From the sequence record PP496441.1: a stretch of 64,000 nt of DNA; one strand, 5' to 3'. This document shows, in pieces, positions 45,641-54,468 of the stretch. The notes under the pieces are model-generated. The model saw nothing but the letters and a program-made list of their open reading frames with translations. It did not search any database and was not told the origin of the DNA. Position 1 is the first letter of the stretch; every line of letters starts with the position of its first letter. Both the position numbers and the translations under genes were made by a program.

Positions 45641-46876
45641 ATGAGCGTTATCATCCCCACCGTAGCGATGGAGAGTGGTCAGCCAGACATGATCATTCAA
45701 GGCTGTTCCACGGGTCGCCTCTCTATGGCCGAGCCTAACGAGAGCGCCAAACCCAAGTCTTCCAAGAAGCTGTACGAACGTGAAGACCTGATGGCGTACG
45801 ACAGCGAGTCGGAGCACTGGCAGAAGCAGTTGGCCCGCCGCTACGCGCATCACGGTGAGATGGTCGGCGTGTTGAACAACGTCGAGGTGGTGCCGGAAGC
45901 CACCTATCAGAACTTCGACATGAAGATCACCCCGTACACCGCGCAGTTGATGGACCAGAACGACCCCAACTGCCCGATCCGTTTGCAGTACATGCCGACC
46001 AACAAAGAGCTGGAGTCTATTCAGCGCGAAGAGACCATGCACAACGAGCTGGGCGAGGAAGAGGACACCATCCCCGGTACCTCGGTCGTGCACCGCTACC
46101 CGCGTCGCGTCTTGTTCCTGACCACTACCCAATGCGCCAGCTTCTGCCGTTACTGCACCCGTGCACGCATCGTCTCCCACGGCGGCGAAGCGGCGATCAC
46201 CAAGAAGCACCTTGACGCCAGCATCGACTACATCGCCGGGAACAAGGACATCGAAGACGTGCTGCTGTCCGGCGGTGACCCGTTCATCCTCCCAGACAAC
46301 AAGCTCGACGAGATCCTCGGTCGTATCCGCGCCGAAGCACCTCACGTTCGCTTCCTGCGTATCGGTAGCCGACTGCCGGTACAGATGCCGACCCGTATCA
46401 CTCCAGAGCTGTGCGAGATTCTGGAACGCCACAACGTCAACATGGTCAACATCCATGTGAACCATCCGAAAGAAGTAACCCCTCTGCTGGCCTCCCGGAT
46501 GAAGATGTTGCGCAAAGCTGGCGTGATGATCGGCAATCAGGCCGTCATGCTGAAAGGCGTGAACGACTCCATCGAGGTGATGACCGAGCTGTGCTTGCGT
46601 ATGGTCGAGATGGGCGTGCGTCCGTACTATGTCTACTCCAACGATCCGGTGGCGCAGGCTGCGCACTTCACCGTGTCGCTGAAAGAGATGCTGAACATCA
46701 ACGAGGGTATGCGCGGCTTCCTGTCTGGCCCGGCTATGCCAACCTTCGTGGTAGACGGTGTGGGTGGCTTGGGCAAGATGCCGGTGCAGAAAGAGTACGT
46801 CAGCTTCGATAAGAACGGCGGTATCTTCGCCCAGAACTTCGAAGGGAAAACGGCCCGCATGCCCCATCTGGAATAA
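45641..46876 (+). CDS. kamA: Lysine 2,3-aminomutase (KamA family radical SAM/PLP enzyme)
   Basis: HRYPRRVL, CASFCRYCTR (CxxxCxxC), LLSGGDP, RIGSR, HVNHP, NQAVMLKGVND, RPYYVYSND, FVVDGVGGLGKMP (PLP Lys). Confidence 0.93.
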   Translation: MSVIIPTVAMESGQPDMIIQGCSTGRLSMAEPNESAKPKSSKKLYEREDLMAYDSESEHWQKQLARRYAHHGEMVGVLNNVEVVPEATYQNFDMKITPYTAQLMDQNDPNCPIRLQYMPTNKELESIQREETMHNELGEEEDTIPGTSVVHRYPRRVLFLTTTQCASFCRYCTRARIVSHGGEAAITKKHLDASIDYIAGNKDIEDVLLSGGDPFILPDNKLDEILGRIRAEAPHVRFLRIGSRLPVQMPTRITPELCEILERHNVNMVNIHVNHPKEVTPLLASRMKMLRKAGVMIGNQAVMLKGVNDSIEVMTELCLRMVEMGVRPYYVYSNDPVAQAAHFTVSLKEMLNINEGMRGFLSGPAMPTFVVDGVGGLGKMPVQKEYVSFDKNGGIFAQNFEGKTARMPHLE

Positions 46877-47026
46877 GCGTTCCAGACACTCCCTAGTTCC
46901 AGTGTACAAGCTTCAAATGCCCCATTTGCGCTAGGTCCTGTAAATGGGGTTGCTTATCCGCGTTGCAATGTGTTACGCTGGATTGGACCCATATTATTCC
47001 GATAACCGAACCACCGAGGTATCACC

Positions 47027-47458
47027 ATGAGCTTCTCCGTAACCGTAGCTGCACAGACCATCGCTGCCCCCGAGTCGCTGGGTAGCCCGAAAGGCATCAG
47101 CGTCCTCGAAGCCAACGAAGGCTTTGCTGTCATCGAATTCCAACGTCCTCGCGCCTCGAAGCGTGACCAGATCGCCGTCCCTCGCGTCCAGATCCTCTCC
47201 CTGAGCCACGGCAGCGCCGACGGCGACAGCGGTTACCTGATCGCTCAAGGCATGGCCGGTGTGGCCGACGAATTCGAAGCCGCAAGCTTCACCATCGAAG
47301 GCAACGTTGCCACGTTCGTGACCGCTGAAGGCGCCACTATCGAAACCGACGCACGTCTTACCCGTATCCTCGCTTACGGCGTGGAAGAGGGCGAAAACAG
47401 CCTGCTGGGTAAGCCGGAAAAGAAAGTAAAACCGAAAGCAAGCACCAAGAAGAAGTAA
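47027..47458 (+). CDS. Hypothetical protein with a Lys-rich tail (highly expressed codon style)
   Basis: RBS GAGGT; followed by a terminator. Confidence 0.8.
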   Translation: MSFSVTVAAQTIAAPESLGSPKGISVLEANEGFAVIEFQRPRASKRDQIAVPRVQILSLSHGSADGDSGYLIAQGMAGVADEFEAASFTIEGNVATFVTAEGATIETDARLTRILAYGVEEGENSLLGKPEKKVKPKASTKKK

Positions 47459-47487
47459 TCAACACGGCCCGCGCCGGTTGAACTAAG

Positions 47488-47519
47488 AAAAAGCCCCTTC
47501 CGTTCGGTTGGGGCTTTTT
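47488..47519 (+). terminator. Terminator (potentially bidirectional)
   Basis: A5-GCCCC...GGGGC-T5. Confidence 0.75.
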
Positions 47520-47538
47520 CGTTATACCGAGGTGTCCC

Positions 47539-47859
47539 ATGGCTAAAGACAGATTCCTGATCTACTCCAAAAACTGCTTAGGGTGTAAACACCTCGTTGA
47601 TGGAGCCAAGAAGACCTACACTGCGTGTCACTACAGTGAAGGCAACGAACGCTGCCCCGCGCAGTACGTCCAGATTATTACGGGTGTGGATATCCATGCC
47701 TTGGCTACTGAGTTGGCAGACGCCATCAGGGCCAATGATTCCAAGAAGTATGATCGGGTGAATACCAAGATCGGTAAATTGGACACTGTGATTGCCAGCA
47801 GCGTGAAGCTGGCCGCAGACAACCTAATAGCAGGGGCCGGTGATGGCGAAGGTAAATAG
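47539..47859 (+). CDS. Hypothetical Cys-containing protein
   Basis: RBS GAGGTG; CLGC, C, C. Confidence 0.7.
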   Translation: MAKDRFLIYSKNCLGCKHLVDGAKKTYTACHYSEGNERCPAQYVQIITGVDIHALATELADAIRANDSKKYDRVNTKIGKLDTVIASSVKLAADNLIAGAGDGEGK

Positions 47860-49813
47860 TAAGCAGGAAGGTTACAGCGCGGATAGCGTTCGGGCGCTGA
47901 GCGGTCTGGAAGTAATCCGCAACAACATCTCGATGTACATCGGGTCCACTGACTCTGACGCACTGTTCACTCTGGCTCGCGAACCGTTGGATAACGCGGT
48001 GGACGAGGCGCTGGCTGGTCGTAACGATGAAGTGTTCTTCCGTGCACACGGCACATGGAAAGGTTCAGCGTTCACGCCGACCGTCATGCTGATCGCAGAC
48101 AACGGCACCGGTATTCCGATTGAGAAGCCGAAGGGTGAGACGCGTTCCGCACTGGAGATCGTGACCAGTCACGTGCACGGCGGCGGCAAGTTCAAAGACG
48201 CAGGCGCATACGCTGCATCGATTGGCACGCACGGCGTGGGCATCAAGGCAACCAACGCCCTGTCCTCCTCGTTCTCGGCGTACACGTTCCGCAACAAGAA
48301 GTGGCACGTGATTCACTACAAGGATTCCAAGCTGGTCAAGCCGCCAGCGGAAGCCAGCGCGCTAGAACTGAAGTCGCTGTGGGGTGAGCTGGGTGAGACC
48401 AGGAAGCGCGGCACCGTAATTCGCTTCTCTCCAGACTACAGCTTCTTCGACAAGGGCTCGTTCCTGTCCATTGCGGACCTGACCCACTGGTTCGAGCTGC
48501 GCGCCTACTTCAACTCAGGCATCAAGTTCCGCATGGAGTATTCCCAGTCCAAGAAGGAAGACTTCAAGGTACTGGAGTTCTACCACGATGATGGTCTGAA
48601 CGACTACATGAAGATGCGCTTGAAGGAACTCAAGTGTGAGCTGATGACCGACAACCACTTCTCGGTCCACACGCCGCATCTTGACGTGATCCTCGCATTC
48701 AGTGACGCCGATGGCTGCAAGGTGGACAGCTACACCAACACCATGTACAACTCTGTAGGCGGCAACCACCAGCGCTCCACGTTCAACATGATCTCCGACG
48801 CGCTGGCGCCGTACGCAGGCAAGCACGACTTCCACAAGGACGACATTCGGGAAGGTGTGGTCGGCCTGATCAACTTCAAGATCGACACGCCGAAGTTCGC
48901 CAGTCAGACCAAGGAACGTTTGGCTGACCCCCGCTTTGAGATCCTGTGCACCGAGGAACTGGAGCAAGCACTCGCCAAGTTCTTCAAGAAGAACAAGGAG
49001 CTGGCACAGCAACTCTGTGAGCGTGCGGCTCGACTGCGTAGTCTCAAGGAGCAGTTCAGCCTGACCAAGAAGGCAGCTGGCGCCCTCAAGAAGATGCGCA
49101 CTGGTTCCAACCTCCTGCCGGGTAAGCTGACCGAGGTGAAGGAATGCCCGGTAGCTGAACGTGAACTGTTCACAGTGGAAGGTGACTCCGCTGCAGGTAC
49201 TGCCAAGTCCGCCCGGATGAAGAGCCCGTATCGCTATCAGGAGACGTTGGCCCTCAAGGGTAAGATCCTGAACGTGATCAAGGAAGTCCAGAAGGGTAAG
49301 GGTGACGCTATCTGGGATTCCGTGGAGGTGCAGTGCATCTTAGTGTCCATGGGCTACAAGCCGGAATCCAAAGATCCTCTCAAGGACTTGCGCATCGGCA
49401 AGTTCATCATCATGGCAGACGCCGACGATGACGGTGCCCACATCGCCATGCTGCAGATCGCCCTGATCGCCAAGTTCTTGCCCGCCATGTTCGACATGGG
49501 CATGGTGTACATCGCTGACCTGCCGAAGCGCATGGTGACAATCAAGGAGAAGGGTCGGGACAAGATGTACTTCGGCAACACGGTCGATGAAATCCAAAAG
49601 CAGATCCCTCATATCAAGAACCCACCTATCGTGTACCTGAAAGGGCTGGGTGAGATGAGTGAAAACGCTTTGCGTGAGACGGCGTTCGACCCGGCCACCC
49701 GCAAGCTGATCAAGATCATGCCCGCGTCTGCCAGTGAACTGCTGGACATCGACCGACTCATGGGCGTAGATACGAGCGAGCGTAAGCGCTTGCTGGGCAT
49801 CGAGTCGGAATAA
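47843..49813 (+). CDS. gyrB: Type IIA DNA topoisomerase subunit B (GyrB/ParE-like)
   Basis: MYIG, EPLDNAVDE, DNGTGIP, HGGGKF, GTHGVG (GHKL); EGDSA, LKGKILN, MADADDDGAHI, YLKGLGEM (TOPRIM). Confidence 0.95.
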   Translation: MAKVNSKQEGYSADSVRALSGLEVIRNNISMYIGSTDSDALFTLAREPLDNAVDEALAGRNDEVFFRAHGTWKGSAFTPTVMLIADNGTGIPIEKPKGETRSALEIVTSHVHGGGKFKDAGAYAASIGTHGVGIKATNALSSSFSAYTFRNKKWHVIHYKDSKLVKPPAEASALELKSLWGELGETRKRGTVIRFSPDYSFFDKGSFLSIADLTHWFELRAYFNSGIKFRMEYSQSKKEDFKVLEFYHDDGLNDYMKMRLKELKCELMTDNHFSVHTPHLDVILAFSDADGCKVDSYTNTMYNSVGGNHQRSTFNMISDALAPYAGKHDFHKDDIREGVVGLINFKIDTPKFASQTKERLADPRFEILCTEELEQALAKFFKKNKELAQQLCERAARLRSLKEQFSLTKKAAGALKKMRTGSNLLPGKLTEVKECPVAERELFTVEGDSAAGTAKSARMKSPYRYQETLALKGKILNVIKEVQKGKGDAIWDSVEVQCILVSMGYKPESKDPLKDLRIGKFIIMADADDDGAHIAMLQIALIAKFLPAMFDMGMVYIADLPKRMVTIKEKGRDKMYFGNTVDEIQKQIPHIKNPPIVYLKGLGEMSENALRETAFDPATRKLIKIMPASASELLDIDRLMGVDTSERKRLLGIESE

Positions 49814-49872
49814 TCCGCCCCATTGCATACCCCGATCCGTTGCGCCCCGCCTGGAGCGTTATACGCGGTCGG

Positions 49873-49880
49873 GTAAATGC
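49873..49880 (+). promoter_or_regulatory. GTAAATGC motif
   Basis: Intergenic, upstream of the zinc-finger/topoisomerase A pair. Confidence 0.5.
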
Positions 49881-49898
49881 TGGGTAGTGAGGTGAGTC

Positions 49899-50114
49899 AT
49901 GCGCAATACAACGATGAAGTCGGTCAAGTGCACGACGTGCAAAGGTGAGGGATTCACGGTGGACACGTCTCGGTCCAAAGGATCGATGGATGAACAGATC
50001 AACAAGTGCTACACGTGCAAAGGCGAGAAAGTAGTAATCGTCAAGATTGTTGATCCGTCCCCGGAAGATCAAGTCAATCCGTACGCTGCCCTATACGAAC
50101 AGGATAAGAAGTAA
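49899..50114 (+). CDS. Small CxxCxG zinc-finger protein
   Basis: CTTCKGEG and CYTCKGEK; TAATG-coupled to topoisomerase A. Confidence 0.7.
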   Translation: MRNTTMKSVKCTTCKGEGFTVDTSRSKGSMDEQINKCYTCKGEKVVIVKIVDPSPEDQVNPYAALYEQDKK

Positions 50115-51622
50115 TGGCGAAGGTAATCAGCAAGACGAAACTGGCCAAGGCTAAAAGTGGTATCGCGGCAGACCTGAACATCCGGGAAGTACCGCTTCTG
50201 GAATGGTCCATTGATGCCTACATCGGCACGTACGCCACCATGACGTTGGCAGACCGAGCCATCCCGGATATGTACGATGGTCTGATGCCATCCGAGCGTC
50301 GAGCCATCTGGGCTGCTCACGTAGTAGGGGCCACCCCGGATAAGAAGTTCATGAAGTCTGCCCGTGTGGTAGGTGACATGATCGGTAAGTTCCACCCGCA
50401 TGGTGATACCTCAGCGTACGGCACCGTGGTCAAGAGCGTGAAGCATGTGAGCAATCCGTACTTCCTCGGCCAAGGTAACTGGGGCACGTTCGAAGATCCG
50501 AAGGGTTTCGCCGCAATGCGATACACCGAGACTAAGTTGTCCAAGTACGCCATGCAGGTGTTGCTGGACAGTGACTATCTCGCGGTCACCGAGATGATCC
50601 CCAACTATGACGGATCGCTGGAAGAGCCATTCATCCTGCCCGCACTGCTCCCCAACCTGCTGCTCAATGGTTCCTATGGCGTGGCTACCGGGGCCACCAC
50701 CTACTGTCCGTCGTTCGAAGCGGAAGGCGTAATCACGCTGATCCAGAAGCTGCTCAAAGGTCGTAAGCTCAAAGCCCGCGACTGCATGGCTAGCCTGGTG
50801 TTCGATAATCCGTACGGCGGCTACGCGGTCATTGACGAAGATGACGAAGAGAGTACGGAGGAACTGGTCGCCCTGTTCGAAGGTGGGCAAGGACGGGTCT
50901 ACTACTCTTGCGATTACGAGTTGCTGGAGGATGAGCATGCCGCGTACATCCGAGGCTTCGTCCCCTACCAGTCGATCCTCAAGGGTGTTGAGAAGATCGC
51001 GGAGGACGAACGGGTAGCCAGCATCATCGATGATTCAGATATCGATGACAACGGGAAAGGGTTCATCGCCTACAAGATCATTTTCAAGCGCAGCGTCAGC
51101 AAGATGATGTTGCAGGAAGTGGCGGATGATGTTCTGAGTGTCTTCGACAAGATGCAGAACTTCAAGATGAACGTCAACGAACGGGCCTGGAACGAGTACG
51201 AAGGAAAGGCCGACTGTAAATTCGGGATGATGGGTGTCATCGGTATCCTCGAGAAGTGGGTGGCATGGCGACTGGCGCTGGAACAGCGCTACCTCGAATA
51301 CAAGACCGCCAAGCTGGAGCAACGCAACTGGTCGCTCAACACCCTGCTGCTGGCATGCAATGCGCTGGACATCATTGTAGCCGCCTTGAAGCGTGACGAC
51401 ACCGAAGCGTATCTGGCCAAGACGATGAAGATCACGCCAGAACAGGCAGAGTACATCCTTGACCGGCAAGTGCGGTCCCTGAAGAAGCTGAATCAGGATA
51501 AGATGAAGGCGGAACTCAAAGCCAATCTGGACACCATCAAGCAGCACAAGGAATGGATCAAGACTCCTGAAGTTCCTGTGGCGGCACAACTCAAAGACTT
51601 CGCCAAGCTGTTGGCTGAGTAA
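50114..51622 (+). CDS. gyrA: Type IIA DNA topoisomerase subunit A (GyrA/ParC-like, no beta-pinwheel CTD)
   Basis: RAIPDMYDGL, KSARVVG, FHPHGD, AAMRYTE (catalytic Tyr), PNYDG, LPNLLLNG; ends at 502 aa. Confidence 0.93.
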   Translation: MAKVISKTKLAKAKSGIAADLNIREVPLLEWSIDAYIGTYATMTLADRAIPDMYDGLMPSERRAIWAAHVVGATPDKKFMKSARVVGDMIGKFHPHGDTSAYGTVVKSVKHVSNPYFLGQGNWGTFEDPKGFAAMRYTETKLSKYAMQVLLDSDYLAVTEMIPNYDGSLEEPFILPALLPNLLLNGSYGVATGATTYCPSFEAEGVITLIQKLLKGRKLKARDCMASLVFDNPYGGYAVIDEDDEESTEELVALFEGGQGRVYYSCDYELLEDEHAAYIRGFVPYQSILKGVEKIAEDERVASIIDDSDIDDNGKGFIAYKIIFKRSVSKMMLQEVADDVLSVFDKMQNFKMNVNERAWNEYEGKADCKFGMMGVIGILEKWVAWRLALEQRYLEYKTAKLEQRNWSLNTLLLACNALDIIVAALKRDDTEAYLAKTMKITPEQAEYILDRQVRSLKKLNQDKMKAELKANLDTIKQHKEWIKTPEVPVAAQLKDFAKLLAE

Positions 51623-51649
51623 CCCAATCCGAAACACGAGGCACATCCC

Positions 51650-52342
51650 ATGGCGAGCACGATGGGCATTAAAGAAGCACAAGACATACTGGGGCTGGAA
51701 CCGGGCGCTGACCTTGCCGATGTCAAAAAGGCCGTACGCAAGCTGTGCCAGAAGTTCCACCCGGACAAGGAAGGCGGTGACCCTGAGATGTTCCGGCGTG
51801 TGCGGGAAGCCGGGGAAATGCTGGAGGAAATTCTGGCGGATCACGACATCATCCCGAATGAGGAATACCTGGACGCGCTCAGCTACGTCATCACCATGCT
51901 CGGCCAGAAGTACGTGGCGGCTGAGATGAACGGGATGAATGCCCGGCGTCGTGTCGCGATCAAGATGACCAACGACGTGTTCAGCTTCCACAACCTGCAG
52001 CAAGCGGCTTTCGCAGCGGCAGCACCACCCAGTGCAGAGTCCTACGTGTTGAACGAACTCGAACAAGAGATCAAAGTCAACATCGATGAGTTCGACGCCT
52101 CAATCGAACGGCACTCCGTTCAGGGTAAAGGGCTACGAATGCTGATGCAGAACATGCGGGCGCCTAAGATGGCGTACTCCGTGTGGCAAGACGCTCGGGA
52201 CTCCTTGGCGCAGGCTATTCGCCAGCAACGCAACAACATCCGCATGGCGAAGATACGGATGCAAGCACTGGAAGAGTTCGAAGCCATCCAGCACAAGCGC
52301 AAGCAGGAAGCCATTCGTCTGGCCCATGGGGTGCGCTCATGA
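51650..52342 (+). CDS. J-domain (DnaJ-like) protein
   Basis: ILGLEPGA...KFHPDKEGGD. Confidence 0.85.
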   Translation: MASTMGIKEAQDILGLEPGADLADVKKAVRKLCQKFHPDKEGGDPEMFRRVREAGEMLEEILADHDIIPNEEYLDALSYVITMLGQKYVAAEMNGMNARRRVAIKMTNDVFSFHNLQQAAFAAAAPPSAESYVLNELEQEIKVNIDEFDASIERHSVQGKGLRMLMQNMRAPKMAYSVWQDARDSLAQAIRQQRNNIRMAKIRMQALEEFEAIQHKRKQEAIRLAHGVRS

Positions 52343-52950
52343 TCTCGGAGCAAATGTTGCACTGGTTGAAGACCTCCGCCCCGTGGAAGCCCGTGCTGAT
52401 CGTGGACATCGACGGCGTTATCTTGAACAACGAACATCGCCTGCATCACATCGTGCACACGGTAGACGGAATTCAGGTGAACCGTACGGATGCGGACTGG
52501 GAAGCCTTCCACGCCAAAGGGTCCATGGATACGCCGGGCGCGGCAGCAGCGTTCATTGAGGCATCTTACAACACGTTCACTCCGATCTTCGTTACGGCCC
52601 GTGTGGCCTTTGGTGAGCAGCGCAAGCACGTGCACGATATGCTGGTTAAGACGTTGCCCAAGATCAAGGACATCAACTGGCGTACGGGTTGCCCGTCCAA
52701 GGATGAGATCTTCCCGTTGTTCATGCGCGCGCCCAACGAGAACTGGGACACACAGAAGGTGGGCGGTGGGGACGCCATCGTGCACCACTCTGATTATAAG
52801 CGAGTGGCAATCCAGTGGCTTCGGGCTCAAGGTATAAATCCCATGGCTGGTCTGGATGACTCCCTTACCATTTGCAAGATGTTCGCGGAGGAAGGCCTCC
52901 TGAGCTTGCGAGTGCACAACCATGTAGCAGACGCGGCGCTGATGCGCTGA
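52339..52950 (+). CDS. HAD-family phosphatase (polynucleotide 3'-phosphatase-like)
   Basis: LIVDIDG (DxD), FVTAR, GLDDS; ATGA overlap. Confidence 0.8.
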   Translation: MISEQMLHWLKTSAPWKPVLIVDIDGVILNNEHRLHHIVHTVDGIQVNRTDADWEAFHAKGSMDTPGAAAAFIEASYNTFTPIFVTARVAFGEQRKHVHDMLVKTLPKIKDINWRTGCPSKDEIFPLFMRAPNENWDTQKVGGGDAIVHHSDYKRVAIQWLRAQGINPMAGLDDSLTICKMFAEEGLLSLRVHNHVADAALMR

Positions 52951-52960
52951 GGATAAGAAC

Positions 52961-53341
52961 ATGAAGACTGAACAAGAAATGCAGCGCGCCAAGGTTTCCC
53001 AATCGATGGCCGCGCTTCTTAACGATGCCGTCGGTGGATCGATAGGACCTTCGTTGCGTGACCTGGGCAATGCGGTCATGGGTAAACCTGAAGCAGCTCA
53101 CGAAGGTGGTATGTCCGCCACCATGCGACAGGAGAAAGAGTCGCTGGAAAAGTTCGGTGATAACTACCTCACCATGATGAGCAGACCTAAACACAAGCGC
53201 AAGGTGGTGAACCGAGCGATCAAGCGGGTCAATGCCATCGTCTCCAAACACGGCGTGTGCCCAAAGGTTCTGGCGCCGGTCCGCTTCGTGTCGTCCAAGA
53301 AGGACGTGTTCAAACTGGCTAAGATCAAATCGATCTGCTAA
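52961..53341 (+). CDS. Hypothetical protein
   Basis: RBS GAGGA. Confidence 0.7.
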   Translation: MKTEQEMQRAKVSQSMAALLNDAVGGSIGPSLRDLGNAVMGKPEAAHEGGMSATMRQEKESLEKFGDNYLTMMSRPKHKRKVVNRAIKRVNAIVSKHGVCPKVLAPVRFVSSKKDVFKLAKIKSIC

Positions 53342-53355
53342 TCGAGGGCAAGACC

Positions 53356-53496
53356 ATGAATGACTATCCCGTGTATCCGTACCACTCTGCACAGGCAAAA
53401 GATTTTCGTAAGAACTTCGCAGAGGCACGTGCCGCTGGACTCCCTGAGTTCACGTGGGAAGGTCGACTTTACACCACCAAACGAGCAGACGATTAA
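53356..53496 (+). CDS. Small hypothetical protein (46 aa; not in the ORF track)
   Basis: MNDYPV...FAEARAAGLPEFTWEGRLYTTKRADD; RBS GAGGG. Confidence 0.6.
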   Translation: MNDYPVYPYHSAQAKDFRKNFAEARAAGLPEFTWEGRLYTTKRADD

Positions 53497-53533
53497 ACCA
53501 ATGCCCGGCCTAACCGTCGGGCATTGTCGCCTG

Positions 53534-53563
53534 TTGACATCCCGCTTCGACGTGTGGCATACT
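53534..53563 (+). promoter_or_regulatory. sigma70 promoter
   Basis: TTGACA-18 bp-CATACT with an extended TG. Confidence 0.7.
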
Positions 53564-53632
53564 GGCACCATGGGGCTACCATGGCCCCGGAAATGCTGGA
53601 CCGACCAGCCACTGTCCTAAGAGGAATGCACC

Positions 53633-54055
53633 ATGTCCAAGCCCGTACCGACCCTGTTCATAAAGGCCCCGTTCGAACTCGTCTGGGGTAAACCGGAGGA
53701 TGGCAACGAACTGCCGGGATCTCCGTTTGACGGCATCAACGTCAAAGGCAATGACTACGCTGCCAGCGCACAAGATCTGATGCTGCTGCACACGATGGTC
53801 GATGACTGGGCCTTCGTTCGCTTCACCGTGTTCGGCTTCGAGTTGACTCTGGATCAGATGCTGATGCTTTGCTGGTGGGAAGACAAGTGCCCGGCACACT
53901 GGTCAATGGCAGAGCATGTGGACAATCCCCAGGTTAATACTGCCAGTCATAATGAGGCAACTCTCGCCCAGCGCTGTGCCCAGATTCTTTCAGTGGCATT
54001 GGGTAGCGCGGGAAATTGCATTCTTGATATCGAGTCAAATCCCAGCAAGGTCTAA
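53633..54055 (+). CDS. Hypothetical protein
   Basis: RBS GAGGA. Confidence 0.75.
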   Translation: MSKPVPTLFIKAPFELVWGKPEDGNELPGSPFDGINVKGNDYAASAQDLMLLHTMVDDWAFVRFTVFGFELTLDQMLMLCWWEDKCPAHWSMAEHVDNPQVNTASHNEATLAQRCAQILSVALGSAGNCILDIESNPSKV

Positions 54056-54062
54056 TTCACAC

Positions 54063-54090
54063 ACGGACCTTTCGGGGTCCGTTCACTTTC
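54063..54090 (+). terminator. Hairpin with a UUCG loop, probable terminator
   Basis: ACGGACCT-TTCG-GGGTCCGT followed by a T-rich tract. Confidence 0.55.
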
Positions 54091-54111
54091 TGTCCCAAAG
54101 AGGAATGCAAC

Positions 54112-54468
54112 ATGAGCAGAGCACCCGTCCGCAATAAGGTCTACACGTATGGCGAAATCATCGACGATCTGTTCCTGCGTGACACCCCGTGTCTGATGGT
54201 GTACGTCGGTGATGGGGGTAGCCCGATCAAGAGCTACTATCCCGTCAACTCTGATCTCACTTACGAGGAACTGCGTAAGCTGCCGGGCTGGGAAGACAGC
54301 CGCTGGACGTTCGTTCGTGAGACCAGTGAATGGATTCCAGTCTTCCACTGGGACAATGATCAAGGTAGCCCGACGCAACTGGTGCAGGTGAACCGTAGTG
54401 AGTACTACGATCTGGAGCACACGTCCATGGATCGTCTTATCGTAACACCGAAAGAGGCAGCTCGATGA
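54112..54468 (+). CDS. Hypothetical protein
   Basis: RBS GAGGA. Confidence 0.75.
   Translation: MSRAPVRNKVYTYGEIIDDLFLRDTPCLMVYVGDGGSPIKSYYPVNSDLTYEELRKLPGWEDSRWTFVRETSEWIPVFHWDNDQGSPTQLVQVNRSEYYDLEHTSMDRLIVTPKEAAR

Noticed and set aside
45641-46876. EF-P beta-lysylation (EpmB) or N-acetyl-beta-lysine osmolyte (AblA/B) interpretation
   Set aside because: No EpmA (LysRS-like) gene is seen, and the adjacent GNAT-like proteins lack the acetyl-CoA motif expected of AblB
46918-46950. GTAAATGG at 46940 as a promoter motif
   Set aside because: It forms the 3' arm of an inverted repeat (CCCCATTTGC/GTAAATGGGG) after kamA and lacks the downstream G; it is ambiguous and more likely a terminator or stabilising hairpin
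44461-47870. GTAAAT copies inside coding sequences (about 44462, 45411, 47852)
   Set aside because: They are intragenic and explained by codons (for example GTA AAT = Val-Asn); not counted as promoters
53360-53620. 86-aa ORF in the ORF track
   Set aside because: The overlapping frame 53356-53496 has the RBS and a protein-like sequence, and the distal part contains a sigma70 promoter (53534-53563)
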